A stretch of DNA of 48,618 bases, counting the filler, from Basidiobolus ranarum (lineage: Eukaryota), in assembly GCA_040143965.1 (NCBI GenBank). It is 2 parts of 2 records of this genome, joined end to end, with 100 filler letters (N's around TTAATTAATTAA, not from the genome) between each part and the next. Parts side by side here need not be neighbours in the genome. Positions count along the whole stretch, not along the records: positions 1 to 24,283 come from JASJQH010000156.1; positions 24,384 to 48,618 come from JASJQH010000157.1. One strand, written 5' to 3'. The notes below the pieces were generated by a model. It saw nothing but the letters and a program-made list of their open reading frames with translations, searched no databases and was not told the origin of the DNA. Shown piece after piece: positions 24,001-34,705 of this stretch (positions are counted from its first letter, which is position 1; every line of letters begins with the position of its first letter). The translations under genes were made by a program, and so were the position numbers.

Positions 24001-24283
24001 TGGTCAGCATCTGGACTCAAATAATGACTTAGCTAAGAATCAGAGCTCATGGGAAGAAGTACACAGTTATCGCCAAGAGTATGACTTCAATGAGGTTCCT
24101 ATTGAGCATGAGGGGCAAATGACATCTCCCTCAAGAGAAGAGCCCATAAATACGGATTCAATGAATACCCAAGCCCCATGGGAAGGTACACCAGATTACT
24201 ATAACGAAGACCAGCATGGTTACAATCAAGAAAATAATACTTCTCACGATTACCAACACCACGGCTCTAGTGATATACATTAT
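21062..24283 (+). CDS. N-terminal ~1074 aa of a large intrinsically disordered Q/Y/S/D/E-rich protein, possibly the COPII scaffold Sec16; truncated by the assembly gap
   Basis: Uninterrupted 3.2-kb ORF, so almost certainly coding. Low complexity, with recurring S/A-FFD motifs, a Tyr/Gln-rich block and LDDLDDLVLG. The Sec16 identity is inferred from composition only; no folded domain is visible before the gap. Confidence 0.5.
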
Positions 24284-24383
24284 NNNNNNNNNNNNNNNNN
24301 NNNNNNNNNNNNNNNNNNNNNNNNNNNTTAATTAATTAANNNNNNNNNNNNNNNNNNNNNNNNNNNNNNNNNNNNNNNNNNNN
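24284..24383. other. Scaffold gap: 100-nt N spacer containing an artificial TTAATTAATTAA six-frame stop linker (24328-24339)
   Basis: 44 N + TTAATTAATTAA + 44 N, symmetric padding typical of an assembly/annotation linker. Confidence 0.95.
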
Positions 24384-25253
24384 AAATCGCTCTTGTGAGC
24401 AACGTCGTGTGCATTGCTTTTATCAGGCTTTTCTGTTTTTTTAACACCAGCCGGGACATCTTGATTATATTCTGTCTCGTATTCAAGCATAATATGCCGC
24501 AGCATCGGAATATAGGGGAAGCAGCAAGCTGTACAGGTGTGACAGGCTTTGGTACTACAATTTGTAGAAGTTCATCACAAACTGCTTCAACAAGCTCCCT
24601 GTGCCCTGCGGATAAGGTATTTTTTTGTTCTGACCAACTATATTCAAGTCCACAAACTTTTTTGTAGCTGTTTCAACACATTCTGGCGAAAGACATTGAC
24701 TGTAGCCATTCACCAGTGAAGCAGTATATAATACATCATGTCCATTACTAAAACTCTCCCAACAGGCCAACAAGTCCTCAGGGGTTGCTTACTTGTTCGT
24801 GTTGGTTTTGCCGATAATGAGTTGGCTTACACTATACCAAAAGTTCTGCGTGAAGACCTTTTTGCTTATTGGTGACGATGCATTCTAGGTTATGCAATAA
24901 TTGACAAATAGTCGAGAGCTAAACATATTGTTCTTGACTTGGCTTGATATTCTTTCAAATTTTGAGGTCAAGACATCTTTATACTCTGACCATAAGATTG
25001 ATTGTAACTTTCTCTTTCTTGTCACAGATATAAAGTCTCCAACCAAGGAAGCCACTTGCTCTTCTTTAGGAATGCTCTTATTTGGACAAAGTGAAGACCT
25101 TGCGCTTGAGTGACCTAGGCCATGACAACTTTTGCATCTGACTTCAGTAAGTGTGTTTGAGTTATCACCAGTACGTGAACTGTTTGTTCTTGCAGTCTTT
25201 TTCATTCTCTTTTCACTTGCTTTTTCTGATTCACTCATACCTTTTCTTTTCAT
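24384..25253 (-). pseudogene. Fanzor1 (eukaryotic TnpB-like RNA-guided nuclease) pseudogene, N-terminal zinc-knuckle/WED/REC part; RuvC half not visible
   Basis: Reading through two in-frame stops (TAG 24885-24887, TAA 24789-24791): CKSCHGLGHSSARSSLCP...FISVTRKRKLQSILWSEYKDVLTSKFERISSQVKNNMFSSRLFVNYCIT*NASSPISKKVFTQNFWYSVSQLIIGK...*...LLACWESF...GYSQCLSPECVETAT. After frameshifts it continues VEAVCDELLQIVVPKPVTPVQLAASP / YIPMLRHIMLEYE. The motif order (CxxC-H-C knuckle, LFVNY, FTQxFWYSxxQL, YSQCL, xxSPxxYIPML) matches Mucorales-type Fanzor1 proteins as I remember them. Confidence 0.72.
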
Positions 25254-25942
25254 GCTAACTGAGAGTTACATTTGTTGAAATTAGCATTGCCTAAACACCT
25301 ATATAGTCATATATAGCTTAGTATTTAGTTATTCCATATTGAACTAAGATGTCACCCACTATTCTCAAGAGGAATTTACTTGGAAGTTCTCAGATATATA
25401 GATTTTTTCCACCAAACCACCAATTTCTCCAGTTCTCCAAGCCACTTCCAATAGGCTTCCTAAATACTTCAACAAATACAGCATGACTGATATACAAACA
25501 TAAAAACTTACCCTCATACTTAGCATTCATTTTAAGATGGATTGATTGTAATATTGTATCTATTTTCTCTTTAATCATGTTGCTGAAAGATAGAATGTAG
25601 TGAGGCATACAGAGTGAATATAAACAAGAAGAAAGATAACGTTGTCAATATATTTATATGAGTACTATTTTGTAATATCCTGTGAATCTAATAATAGAAA
25701 AGTTCTGTTGACTCATTGAAAAGCATACACACATTCTTACTATCATATGCATTGAAGTATCTACCCAAGGGCAAAAGTAAGTACCTCACGCGACTATACC
25801 ACAGTGTTATACATATCAACTTTCTTTGAATAGCATAAAAAAAATTTACTACTTTAACATATACACTAACATAATGATGAACATCTGTCATCTTTTTTCT
25901 GCTCATACCCACTTTATGCCATCAATTTTGTAAGCGCACGTA
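24384..25942 (-). mobile_element. Probable degenerate Tc1/mariner-type DNA transposon carrying the Fanzor gene; candidate terminus at 25940 with TA target site 25941-25942
   Basis: Minus strand reads TA|CGTGCGCTTACAAAATTGATGGC, resembling the TA|CAGT...CAAAA pattern of Tc1-family termini. The partner TIR cannot be seen and would lie in or beyond the gap. Confidence 0.4.
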
Positions 25943-27905
25943 AGTTGAAAGGAGTGTTATTCCTATTCTTGTAATCTGTCATCTCATATTATTTTTAAAG
26001 GTAAAGCACCATCTACTTGTCCTAAAAAAGTAAGCAGAGTGTCTAACTTTAATTCTCAGATCGTCTCTTTTTAGAGTAAAATACTGTATTGCAAACGATA
26101 GGCGCGAAACCAGAAAGTCAGACTCCAATTATGACTTGCCCACTTATTGGCTGATTACAGATCGCGAGAATAATCCAGCGGATGCTCAATAAACTGATCT
26201 CAGCTGCTCACAAATATGGTTTCCTGGGAAAACGACTGGGCCCTCATTGGTGTGGATCATGATGTATGGAAGTCAAGAACCTTATCGATGATTTCATATC
26301 AACCGATATGAATGGAATTAGATTTCATACCTGATTCTGGTTCCCGACGATGTTTGAATCGAAATAACACTATAGCCTGCTAGCTCTATCGTCGATACCA
26401 ATATAGCAAAAACCAGTAAGGCGATCAAGTAGGTGTGAAGAGCAACGCTTGTAAATTTATCTGCGGATGTCGGAAATATAAACTGGATTTTACTTCAACA
26501 ATTGAGGACGCAAAGCAGGATGCATGCCCTAGTTGGCTCTCACATAGTCTAGGTATTCTATCATCAACGCATCTGCAAACCATGACTTGTCCCTTGCGCG
26601 TAACATATCCTTCGGAATACATACCCGATTGGTGATACTTTGAGAGGCTTCTCTTCTTCCCTAGAGTCTTGACCGTTCGTCCTTCGAGAGAAAACCTCGA
26701 CTTGAATTTGAAACTGGACTACGCAGGATCGGTCAATGCATCTGCTTCGTAGTTCGCGCCTAGATGGTGTTTTGGACGGCTCTAAGGACTATAGAAATAG
26801 GAGCTAGTAAATATAAACTAGACCTGAGAGAAGGTTGCTAAGATGGCTCATTTGCATTCCAGGATTGTTTATCCGGTGACTACCATCTTCCACGACACTA
26901 GCCCCTCAATCATCTCATGGCCACAGAAAAGCATGAACAAGTTTACCGATGAGTTCATCATTTTGCTCGAATATGCCTATCAAGTCAATTAGACATTATC
27001 TCCATTGTTTCCTCATAAAGAAGGTATTTCTGTACCATTACCTAATCAAGTAATAGTTTAGGTCATTCTCCTGGGCTATTTTCCCTCCAACGTGTAAACA
27101 TTGATGCATGGCAATTTGCTCATTAAAAAACAAGCCTAAGGTTGAATGAATAGGTGTTTAAGGAAGCCGCATCAGAAAAGCGCATTTTTGGAGCGTGAAT
27201 TATACATTTATATATACATATCTATAGACAAATCCCACTCCAACCATATACATCTTTTCAATATGTTGCTAGCCTGTACACTAACCTCCAATCTGATCAT
27301 ACCGATTCCCGAGAACGATACACAGTCGGAAGATCTCCTCATTGCCAAGCCACACCATTGACATTGTTACCTAATCACCCCATGCGGCTTGTCATTTATG
27401 GGAGAATGATGAAACAGCTGTTGTCGGTAAAATAGATACAGTTCTCTTCTGGGGAATAAAACCAGAAACGCGGATATCCCACCTTATTTTGAAAGCAGAA
27501 GTGTAACTATTTTTATCGGTAGTGGTTGATTCCATGCCATGACGGCAGCCGGGCTTTCCTTTCCGTCAACAAGGAAAAACTTTCCTTTTCGATAAATTAC
27601 TTTTCAACTGCTCAAAGTATGACAAACCTAAAGTTTGCCTCCAAGTTGATTGTTACGAAGGTTAAATCCCACATTCAACCGGCAAAGTCCCTGTTGAGTA
27701 CGTTTTTAATTATAAATACAAAACTATCATTGGATTACTAAGGAATAATCTCATCAGGTACCAAGGTCAAATGGGTCGATTTCTTAGGGTTAGATTTCTT
27801 GAATAAAAGTAATACAGGATTGTCTAAATTCTCTCGAAAATATAAAACCGGGGCATCTTCCAAAGTTTCCTGGATACTTTGAATCGAATATTTTGTGTTG
27901 ACTAT

Positions 27906-28844
27906 ATGGAACCGCAAACAAGTAATCCCACTAATAAAAGACAGTGGACTTTGCCTTCTTTGGTTGGTCTTCCAGTCACTTCCGCTCCTTCCAGCAATAA
28001 TATAGGCTTATCTCTTCAATTTCAGGCTAGCAACGCATTTCCGGATATTGGAAGGTCATTGACACAAAGAACGTACTCTTACTGCATTGTGCCGGAAGGT
28101 TATTGTTCAATATTGGTACCACAGGCTCATTGTAAGAATATGCATCACTTTCTCCTTAACAAACACAACGATAGTACTGTTAAAGCATCCACGTCATCCT
28201 CTTCTACGGAAACCAAGAAACCGGTGACTACACCAGAGAAACGACCACCTCGGCCTTTAAATCCATTTTTGCTGTTTCGTAGAGATAAACAAGCTGAGAT
28301 ATTTAACAAGTATCAGGGTATTTCCAATTCCCAAGTCTCCCAAATACTAGGCCGTATGTGGAAAAGTGCGTCCAATGAAGAGAAGGAAAAGTATCAAAGC
28401 ATGGCTGAAGAATCTCGAAAACTGCATAAGCAAAAATATCCCAATTATAAATATTACGCGGACAATTCCAAACAGAAAAATAAGAAACCAGAGATCGTCA
28501 ATCAGCAACCTCTATCTATTCATGCTAATAGTAGTAAGAACTCTTGCCATTTTCTTCAAACTCAAGCTAGCGAGGATTACATGACTGAAAAGAATCCATT
28601 AGATATGAATACTTGGTTTACATTTGAGCCTCAGATGGATCTGTATCTCGACAATAATCATAGCTCTACTCTTTTACAATCAATAGCTCACTCTGTAACC
28701 GCTCCTAACGATGAACCTACACCATTTTACGAAGATTTGTTTGCAACTGGCATAGATTCCTCAGCTTCAACTACAAACAGTGTACAGGTTCCATACTCTG
28801 ATCTAAGCCATCAAATGGAGCAATTCAATCATAATTATGAATAA
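27906..28844 (+). CDS. Sequence-specific HMG-box transcription factor (MATA_HMG/SOX-TCF type), single exon
   Basis: RPPRPLNPFLLFRRDKQAEIFNKYQGISNSQVSQILGRMWKSASNEEKEKYQSMAEESRKLHKQKYPNYKY. First ATG at 27906; TATAAAA at 27841. Confidence 0.92.
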   Translation: MEPQTSNPTNKRQWTLPSLVGLPVTSAPSSNNIGLSLQFQASNAFPDIGRSLTQRTYSYCIVPEGYCSILVPQAHCKNMHHFLLNKHNDSTVKASTSSSSTETKKPVTTPEKRPPRPLNPFLLFRRDKQAEIFNKYQGISNSQVSQILGRMWKSASNEEKEKYQSMAEESRKLHKQKYPNYKYYADNSKQKNKKPEIVNQQPLSIHANSSKNSCHFLQTQASEDYMTEKNPLDMNTWFTFEPQMDLYLDNNHSSTLLQSIAHSVTAPNDEPTPFYEDLFATGIDSSASTTNSVQVPYSDLSHQMEQFNHNYE

Positions 28845-29230
28845 AAGTATATAACCATCGAGGATTTAATGTTGTTAGTAAAGTATGTTATCCTCGGACT
28901 TTTTACCGAGGGGCAGCCTAAATTACGTGACTAAGTACTCATAATTTCAGTACATTAAATATCTCGGAGTGAAATATATCTCTTTGCAGGCTTCTTTTTA
29001 GATGCGAGATTATCGTAAATGATATACCATTGAACCGGATTATATCAACCAGAATTCACAATAAATCTGAAATTTATTATGGTACTACAAGCTGAACTTA
29101 TTACCAGATGATGTGGTAACACCAAAAGAGCCTCATGAATACTAATAACTATCAACTAGGCAGAGACTAACAACTACACAATTTATAAAGTCAGGATTCT
29201 AGACCACTATGAAACTTAATCCTGTTCATT

Positions 29231-29451
29231 ATGAATAAAATTTTGAATGTGTTCGCCGGGGGTTTACTTACCTGCTTCAACATGTCTTTCACTCTTATCA
29301 ACGTGAATGCACAACAAATACAAGCTGAAACCAACCAAATCGATTCCGTTGACCCATTCAGTCTGCACAAACAGCTTGTGGACATTGAGTCCATATCTGG
29401 CAACGAAGTCAAAGTTGGCGACTCCCTCTCCTCCTATCTGGAAAGTTATGG
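29231..29451 (+). pseudogene. Truncated duplicate of the first exon of the M20 peptidase gene at 34706
   Basis: Direct nucleotide repeat of about 34686-34908. LLTCFNMSFTLINVNAQQIQAETNQIDSVDPFSLHKQLVDIESISGNEVKVGDSLSSYLESYG aligns residue for residue, then similarity ends abruptly before the SHMDT metal ligand. Confidence 0.85.
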
Positions 29452-30379
29452 ATTAACGGAGGCCTTATTTGGTCCATGTCACTACTCGTTCGCAAACTCA
29501 ACATCAGATCCTAACGCAAATTGTTATCGTGGTAAACAACGAGCGATGAAATTCTTAATGAAACAGTGGAAAGTTGTTTAGTCATTTGTGTAAGGCGGGT
29601 TATACTGTTATCCCAAAGTAGAAATTTTGCATTATTTAATTCGATGTCGATTACAAGCTATTACTTGCTATGTGACTGGCTTTGTGATACGGATTCGTAT
29701 GCCACATTTTTAGATAATGAATCTGCTACTATTATGTATCATCTATGTGCAAAGTCGAAAGCTCAGTATGCCTCCTATGTAGAAAGCGTGAGCTTCAGAT
29801 AAACCTGATATTGGAGTTGACTATACCCCCAACAATATCTTGAATCTACGCTTAAGTTTAGCAATATAACTAGGGAGTAGGACTCTTCAAACCAAGACTA
29901 TGGACGATACTTCTTATTCATGGAGATTAAATAATAATCAGATTGTGGTTGGGGGCTAGGGGTAAGTGATGAATGCGAAGCCAAAAATTGGGCTTGATTT
30001 CCTCAGGGAGCTCTAATTCCAAAGCAGCTACAGTGACGAATTGACCAATAATGACAGATGAGCTGTGCCACTTATATTGTGTAACAAGACTGGCTTTCAT
30101 TTACTACAGGATAAGGATATTAAATTCTCCAAAGTATTCTACATCGGGGTCAAATGAAATCACAGCAATTCTTATTTCTTCAGTTTAACTCATCTATGAA
30201 CTCTATAGTAAGTTTCCAAATTCGACAGTTTCTGGCTAAACCAATTATCAAATAGAAGAATTCTCGTGCCAAGTCTTCGTCAAATGATCAAGAGCCCCCG
30301 CAACAACCGTGTGACGCGAGGACTTGATTGTTTAATGTATCAAGATTGTATTGACATCTATCTTCATGGTCAGAGTGTC

Positions 30380-30670
30380 TGAGAGATTAGCTCCATGCTT
30401 CAAATTTATTTGGCGCTCTATGACACCAACCAAGTGGCAATATAGATGCAGGAATATGATGCCATAGTGCAATATTGAGGTTACGTTAACATTGCACAGA
30501 CTTCTCTGCTGAGTTGCCTCGAAAAGGATGGTATCTACTGTTCTCATTAATAACTGTCGTAAAAATCACATGCTGTTTTTGATGGGTTCTTTGTGAATCG
30601 GATCTGCTCGATTGGGCTGGACAGCTCTTCATTATCTAGTCCCATTTCATAAATAGGCACTCTGTTTGTT
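30380..30670 (-). mobile_element. Possible highly decayed Ty1/copia integrase fragment
   Basis: Across a frameshift and stops: VPIYEMGLDNEELSS...ACDFYD / VINENSRYHPFRGNSAEKSVQC*RNLNIALWHHIPASILPLGWCH. This loosely follows the copia pattern IxxxRxDNxxExxS...F...PYxPxxNGxAER...LPxxFWxxA. Confidence 0.3.
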
Positions 30671-31475
30671 TGCTTTAAAACTGGGGCAATACCAGTTGGG
30701 TGTGGTAGATGGCTATACATCAAGAAAATCTTCTCCATACCCACTGACACCTCCAGGTATTTGGGGAAGAGTTATGAAACCAGCTCTTAGCACCTGCCAC
30801 CTTTAAAGGCGTGCAGGAGACAGCTGGCGATACTCAGCAGCTATATCGTTCACTAGGCCTGTCCCCTAGTGAATACTAGATGTGTTTGGGGAAATTTAAA
30901 ATGCAAAATTGGTTGGGGAAATCGTGGAGTGTAAACTGGGTCAGAGTGGGCAAGAAATACTTCACCAATCAATTGCCCAAGGGGATAGTCAGGTTTGGGG
31001 ACTAGGGAGAGCAACAGCGCAAGGTAAACCTTGCAGTGTTCCCCATTTTTTGCCCAAGAATTCGTCGAAACAATTATCGCACCAAGTTCTATTTCCCCAA
31101 GTATTTTGCAGTCCTTTCCTATCTCTCATTGGATCAAATTGGAAATTGTTATATGATAATTTACCGTATTGTAGGGCTGAAATTAACAAATGTTCATCTA
31201 TCAAATGCATCAAATGGCAATATCTTGAGCTCATATGCACTCAGATTCGTGCTTCAATTTGATGTCAACCGAAAAAGGTTACATCCAGAATGTGAGATTG
31301 GGATATTCCCGAGGAACCTGGATTCCCTACAAAATTCAACTATATAAGTTTGAGGTTGGGTTCCCCTACCCAACGTCTGTTCACTCTAATTAATTTCTAC
31401 ATTCTTTTTCCACACTCTATCCTGCTCTCTTCGCTTCACAAAGATAGTATTAGTATTTGCTTGGAATCCATCTTG

Positions 31476-32315
31476 ATGATAGAGTTCGACTTTCTTAACT
31501 ACCCAGTAAAGCGGACCATTTGCTCAGTATCCCAGATGCTGGTGTCCATGATCCAAATTAACGACGCTTACGGCCCTCATATAGCCACCTGTTTCCATTC
31601 ACAAGCCATCCCTAAAACAGATGTACTGAGTTATCTACTTCGTTTACTCAAATACACCCCATTTACCAATGAGACTTTACTAAGCAGCTTGATCTATATA
31701 GACCGAGTTATCCAGGCGACGAGAACGACAGCCATCCCATTTGTCATCAATTCACATACTCTTCACCAACTTCTGATCACCAGCATAGTAGTTGCTTCCA
31801 AATACACATCCGACATCTACTTCACCAACTCAAGATATGCTCAAGTGGCTGGAATTTCTGGAAAGGAATTGAATGAATTAGAAATGGAATTCTTATTCTT
31901 ACTACAATTCGACCTGATGGTTCACCCGCTAGATCTTAAGCAATTTGCCAATCACTTACTAAACTTTCCTGTAGCACCGCTTTCAGGACTGAGAATCATG
32001 ACCCCACCGCCTGAGTCTGTCAACGAGGACTGCGTCGTCGACGAGAACGATTCTTTCTCCAGAGCTGTCGATTCGTGTCACTCGAGGGGAAGTTCAGATA
32101 CGGATGAGAAACAAAAGGACGACCATATTCATTCTGATCTTGCTAGTATTGAACAAATTCAGGTGATTGATCCAGGTCTACTCGAAGCAATATTTAACCC
32201 GCAAAATCAAGTTTCGTGCGAGAAACAGCGTGAATTTCTGGTATTGTTAAGTAGATGTAGTAGAAAGATCTTGTTAGAAAAGGGGAAGAGTGCCATTCTA
32301 AACTTGGTTCACTAA
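31476..32315 (+). CDS. Pho80/Pcl-type cyclin (Pho85 cyclin family), single exon
   Basis: TCFHSQAIPKTDVLSYLLRLLKYTPFTNETLLSSLIYIDRV...LHQLLITSIVVASKYTSDIYFTNSRYAQVAGISGKELNELEMEFLFLLQFDL is the Pho80-like cyclin box. First ATG at 31476. Confidence 0.92.
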   Translation: MIEFDFLNYPVKRTICSVSQMLVSMIQINDAYGPHIATCFHSQAIPKTDVLSYLLRLLKYTPFTNETLLSSLIYIDRVIQATRTTAIPFVINSHTLHQLLITSIVVASKYTSDIYFTNSRYAQVAGISGKELNELEMEFLFLLQFDLMVHPLDLKQFANHLLNFPVAPLSGLRIMTPPPESVNEDCVVDENDSFSRAVDSCHSRGSSDTDEKQKDDHIHSDLASIEQIQVIDPGLLEAIFNPQNQVSCEKQREFLVLLSRCSRKILLEKGKSAILNLVH

Positions 32316-34705
32316 TCCTGGAGCGTTATACTTTGATGTATACTAGCCCTACAGTGTACCACTTTTGCCAGCATGTATTTCAATCTTCGAACCCATGTAC
32401 TATATATTCAGTAATCACTGCTACAAAGTATATACCCTTGACACATTCTCTTCTACCTGATTCCAGAATTACCTGTTCTGAAGCTTTATATATATAGTGA
32501 GCCCTTTAATTAATTGTACATTACTAGGGGAGTTTTGATTCACGTTGTGAGAATAAATGAGTACGATATTGATAACAAGTGTCATGCAGTATGTATTAGT
32601 CACGTTGGCACTATGACCTGTTCACAAGAAATAGGGGTGAGTGGTATGCATAGAGAACCCATGATAAGCAGACGATATTTATGCAATTCGCTGCAACTTC
32701 CAGACGGCACGAACATTAGTAAATGAGCTGAAGCAATCTACAACCCTAATCAGCCCAGCAGCGAATAAATTCATTGCGGATGTGGGTCACGCGAGTCTCG
32801 TGAGCGAGCCTTATTACTATTCACCACTAATTCAAGATTTGATTGATTTGAAACATGAGCCTGCCCTCTGCTTGACCTTGAGAAACCAATCCGTAAGCTA
32901 TACATGGTTTTTGGCGTCACAGAAGTGATACACGCGGAGGTGTTCCCAAATTCATTCAACGAAATCAAACAACTATACTACAAATTTCTTATTTACCACG
33001 AGATTCATTACAGACAAGTATTCAAACAAAGTCGTATAGGGGCTATGTTTATACGGATATACTTATCAGTGGCAAGAATCTAAAGGATACAGCATGCTGA
33101 AATCACAAATCTTCAGTAGAATCGAACCCCTCAACAAAAATGAGCCAAAAATGTTGAGCTATTTGCCGCCCTCTTCTGGTATTGCATATGTACATGTTGG
33201 TCATATCAATCACTACCTATACCACTAATAGTACTAATTCAAAGCATTAGGAAATCTTCTACAAGTACGTAGCTCTATTTGAATGTATTTACTAGAGGAT
33301 ATACAAGAGACATCTAGCACTCATAACTTTTAGACGGGTAATCAAACCGATTTACATTGAAAAATATTTGGAATCATCTGAATTCCTGATCTATATCGCT
33401 CGACCTATTTTCAATCGTTCCGATGTACTTTTACTTTATCTGTAGTAAAAACTAAGGTATTATTTTACTACTAGTTGAAAACTCGAAGTCCAATGCCTTG
33501 ATTATTACTGGAACAGTGAGAGCTTACATCTTTTGGATCAGTAAAGAATTACATGCAGGTTTAATGGTATTGAGAGACACTCTTTCTTGATACCCGGGAA
33601 TACTATTTACAACCCTAAATAACTTCAGGTAAATAGAGCTATCGTTAAGTAGATTTGCCTCGTTAATCCATTATAGAGATTTCTAACCAGCTCTTTAAAT
33701 CCTCAATTTTGTTCGCCTTTAATCCATAAATTCACTCCATATTCACGGTGAGTGTAGGATTTGCAGCAGATTACAATAGCTAATATATGGAACCTGAAAC
33801 TTGAAATTTTATAGATTGTTATTGAGAGAACTACTATTCGGCTTGCCTTCCTTATAGTAGCATTAGATGATTCCTTGGATTCAAGGTATGGTCATAGCTA
33901 CTAATGGTTTCTCTGCCTTGTCCTTGAATGAGAATATATGAATTTTGCTTCTCTTACTGAGAACCTATCTACTGAGTCGGCTCATTAGACACTTTCTTGT
34001 ACTAAATGGTTGTCACGTCAGTGTTTTTTTGTACGATTACCGAGAATGCCTAGCCGGTCTCAAATTTAATAACTCCCATACACATACATTCTCCTAGGTC
34101 CTCTGCCAACCTATCTTTCAACTGTCATTTTACATTTCTACAGCGATACATTTCTTTTTAATTAAATGACGGCAACATTAGTGTATAGAGTTCACAGCAA
34201 CACCCTCCCTTGTGATTGAACTCCCATCGGGAATACAACCTCTCACAACAAATCATTACCATTTAAGATGGTCTTCATATTCCATAAACAAACATGGTGA
34301 GACTACATTTGCTCATTCGCGTATAGTAAACGTACTTGTCTTCACTACTCATGACGAAAATCGATAATTTGGAATGCTGCTATTAAATATGGAGGTTATA
34401 ATAGAAGAATCATAATATTTGATGGAGCGGTTGGTATGGTTTCTTAATTTCTTGTTTTCTATTTCGGGCAGTTTTCTCACATTCATGATACTGATAGTAT
34501 GACTCACTAAGATAATAGTCCATATGGTTAATGATAGATTGAATCACGTCAACAATGAGCTACTCCTTTTATATTATCTAACAGATTACTATAAATTGGA
34601 GTACCTCAATCTATTACTAATTCAAAGTACGTCCGTCCGCTAATTATTCGTCTTTATTGATTCTATACTTTCAGCTTCACGAAGTTGAACAAATAATACT
34701 TGAAT

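Noticed and set aside
24328-24339. Palindromic TTAATTAATTAA island
   Set aside because: Sits symmetrically inside the N run; an artificial stop-codon linker, not biological.
26420-26760. Minus-strand peptide ...RARDKSWFADALMIEYLDYV... faintly like a pogo/DDE_1 transposase
   Set aside because: Only one vague motif and no supporting catalytic residues in register; cannot be supported without a search.
32400-34600. Long intergenic stretches (also 37600-39700, 40700-44400, 45700-46900) scanned for RNA genes, repeats or ORFs
   Set aside because: No supportable tRNA, snoRNA, LTR pair or coding motif seen by eye, beyond the weak relic reported near 42.5 kb.
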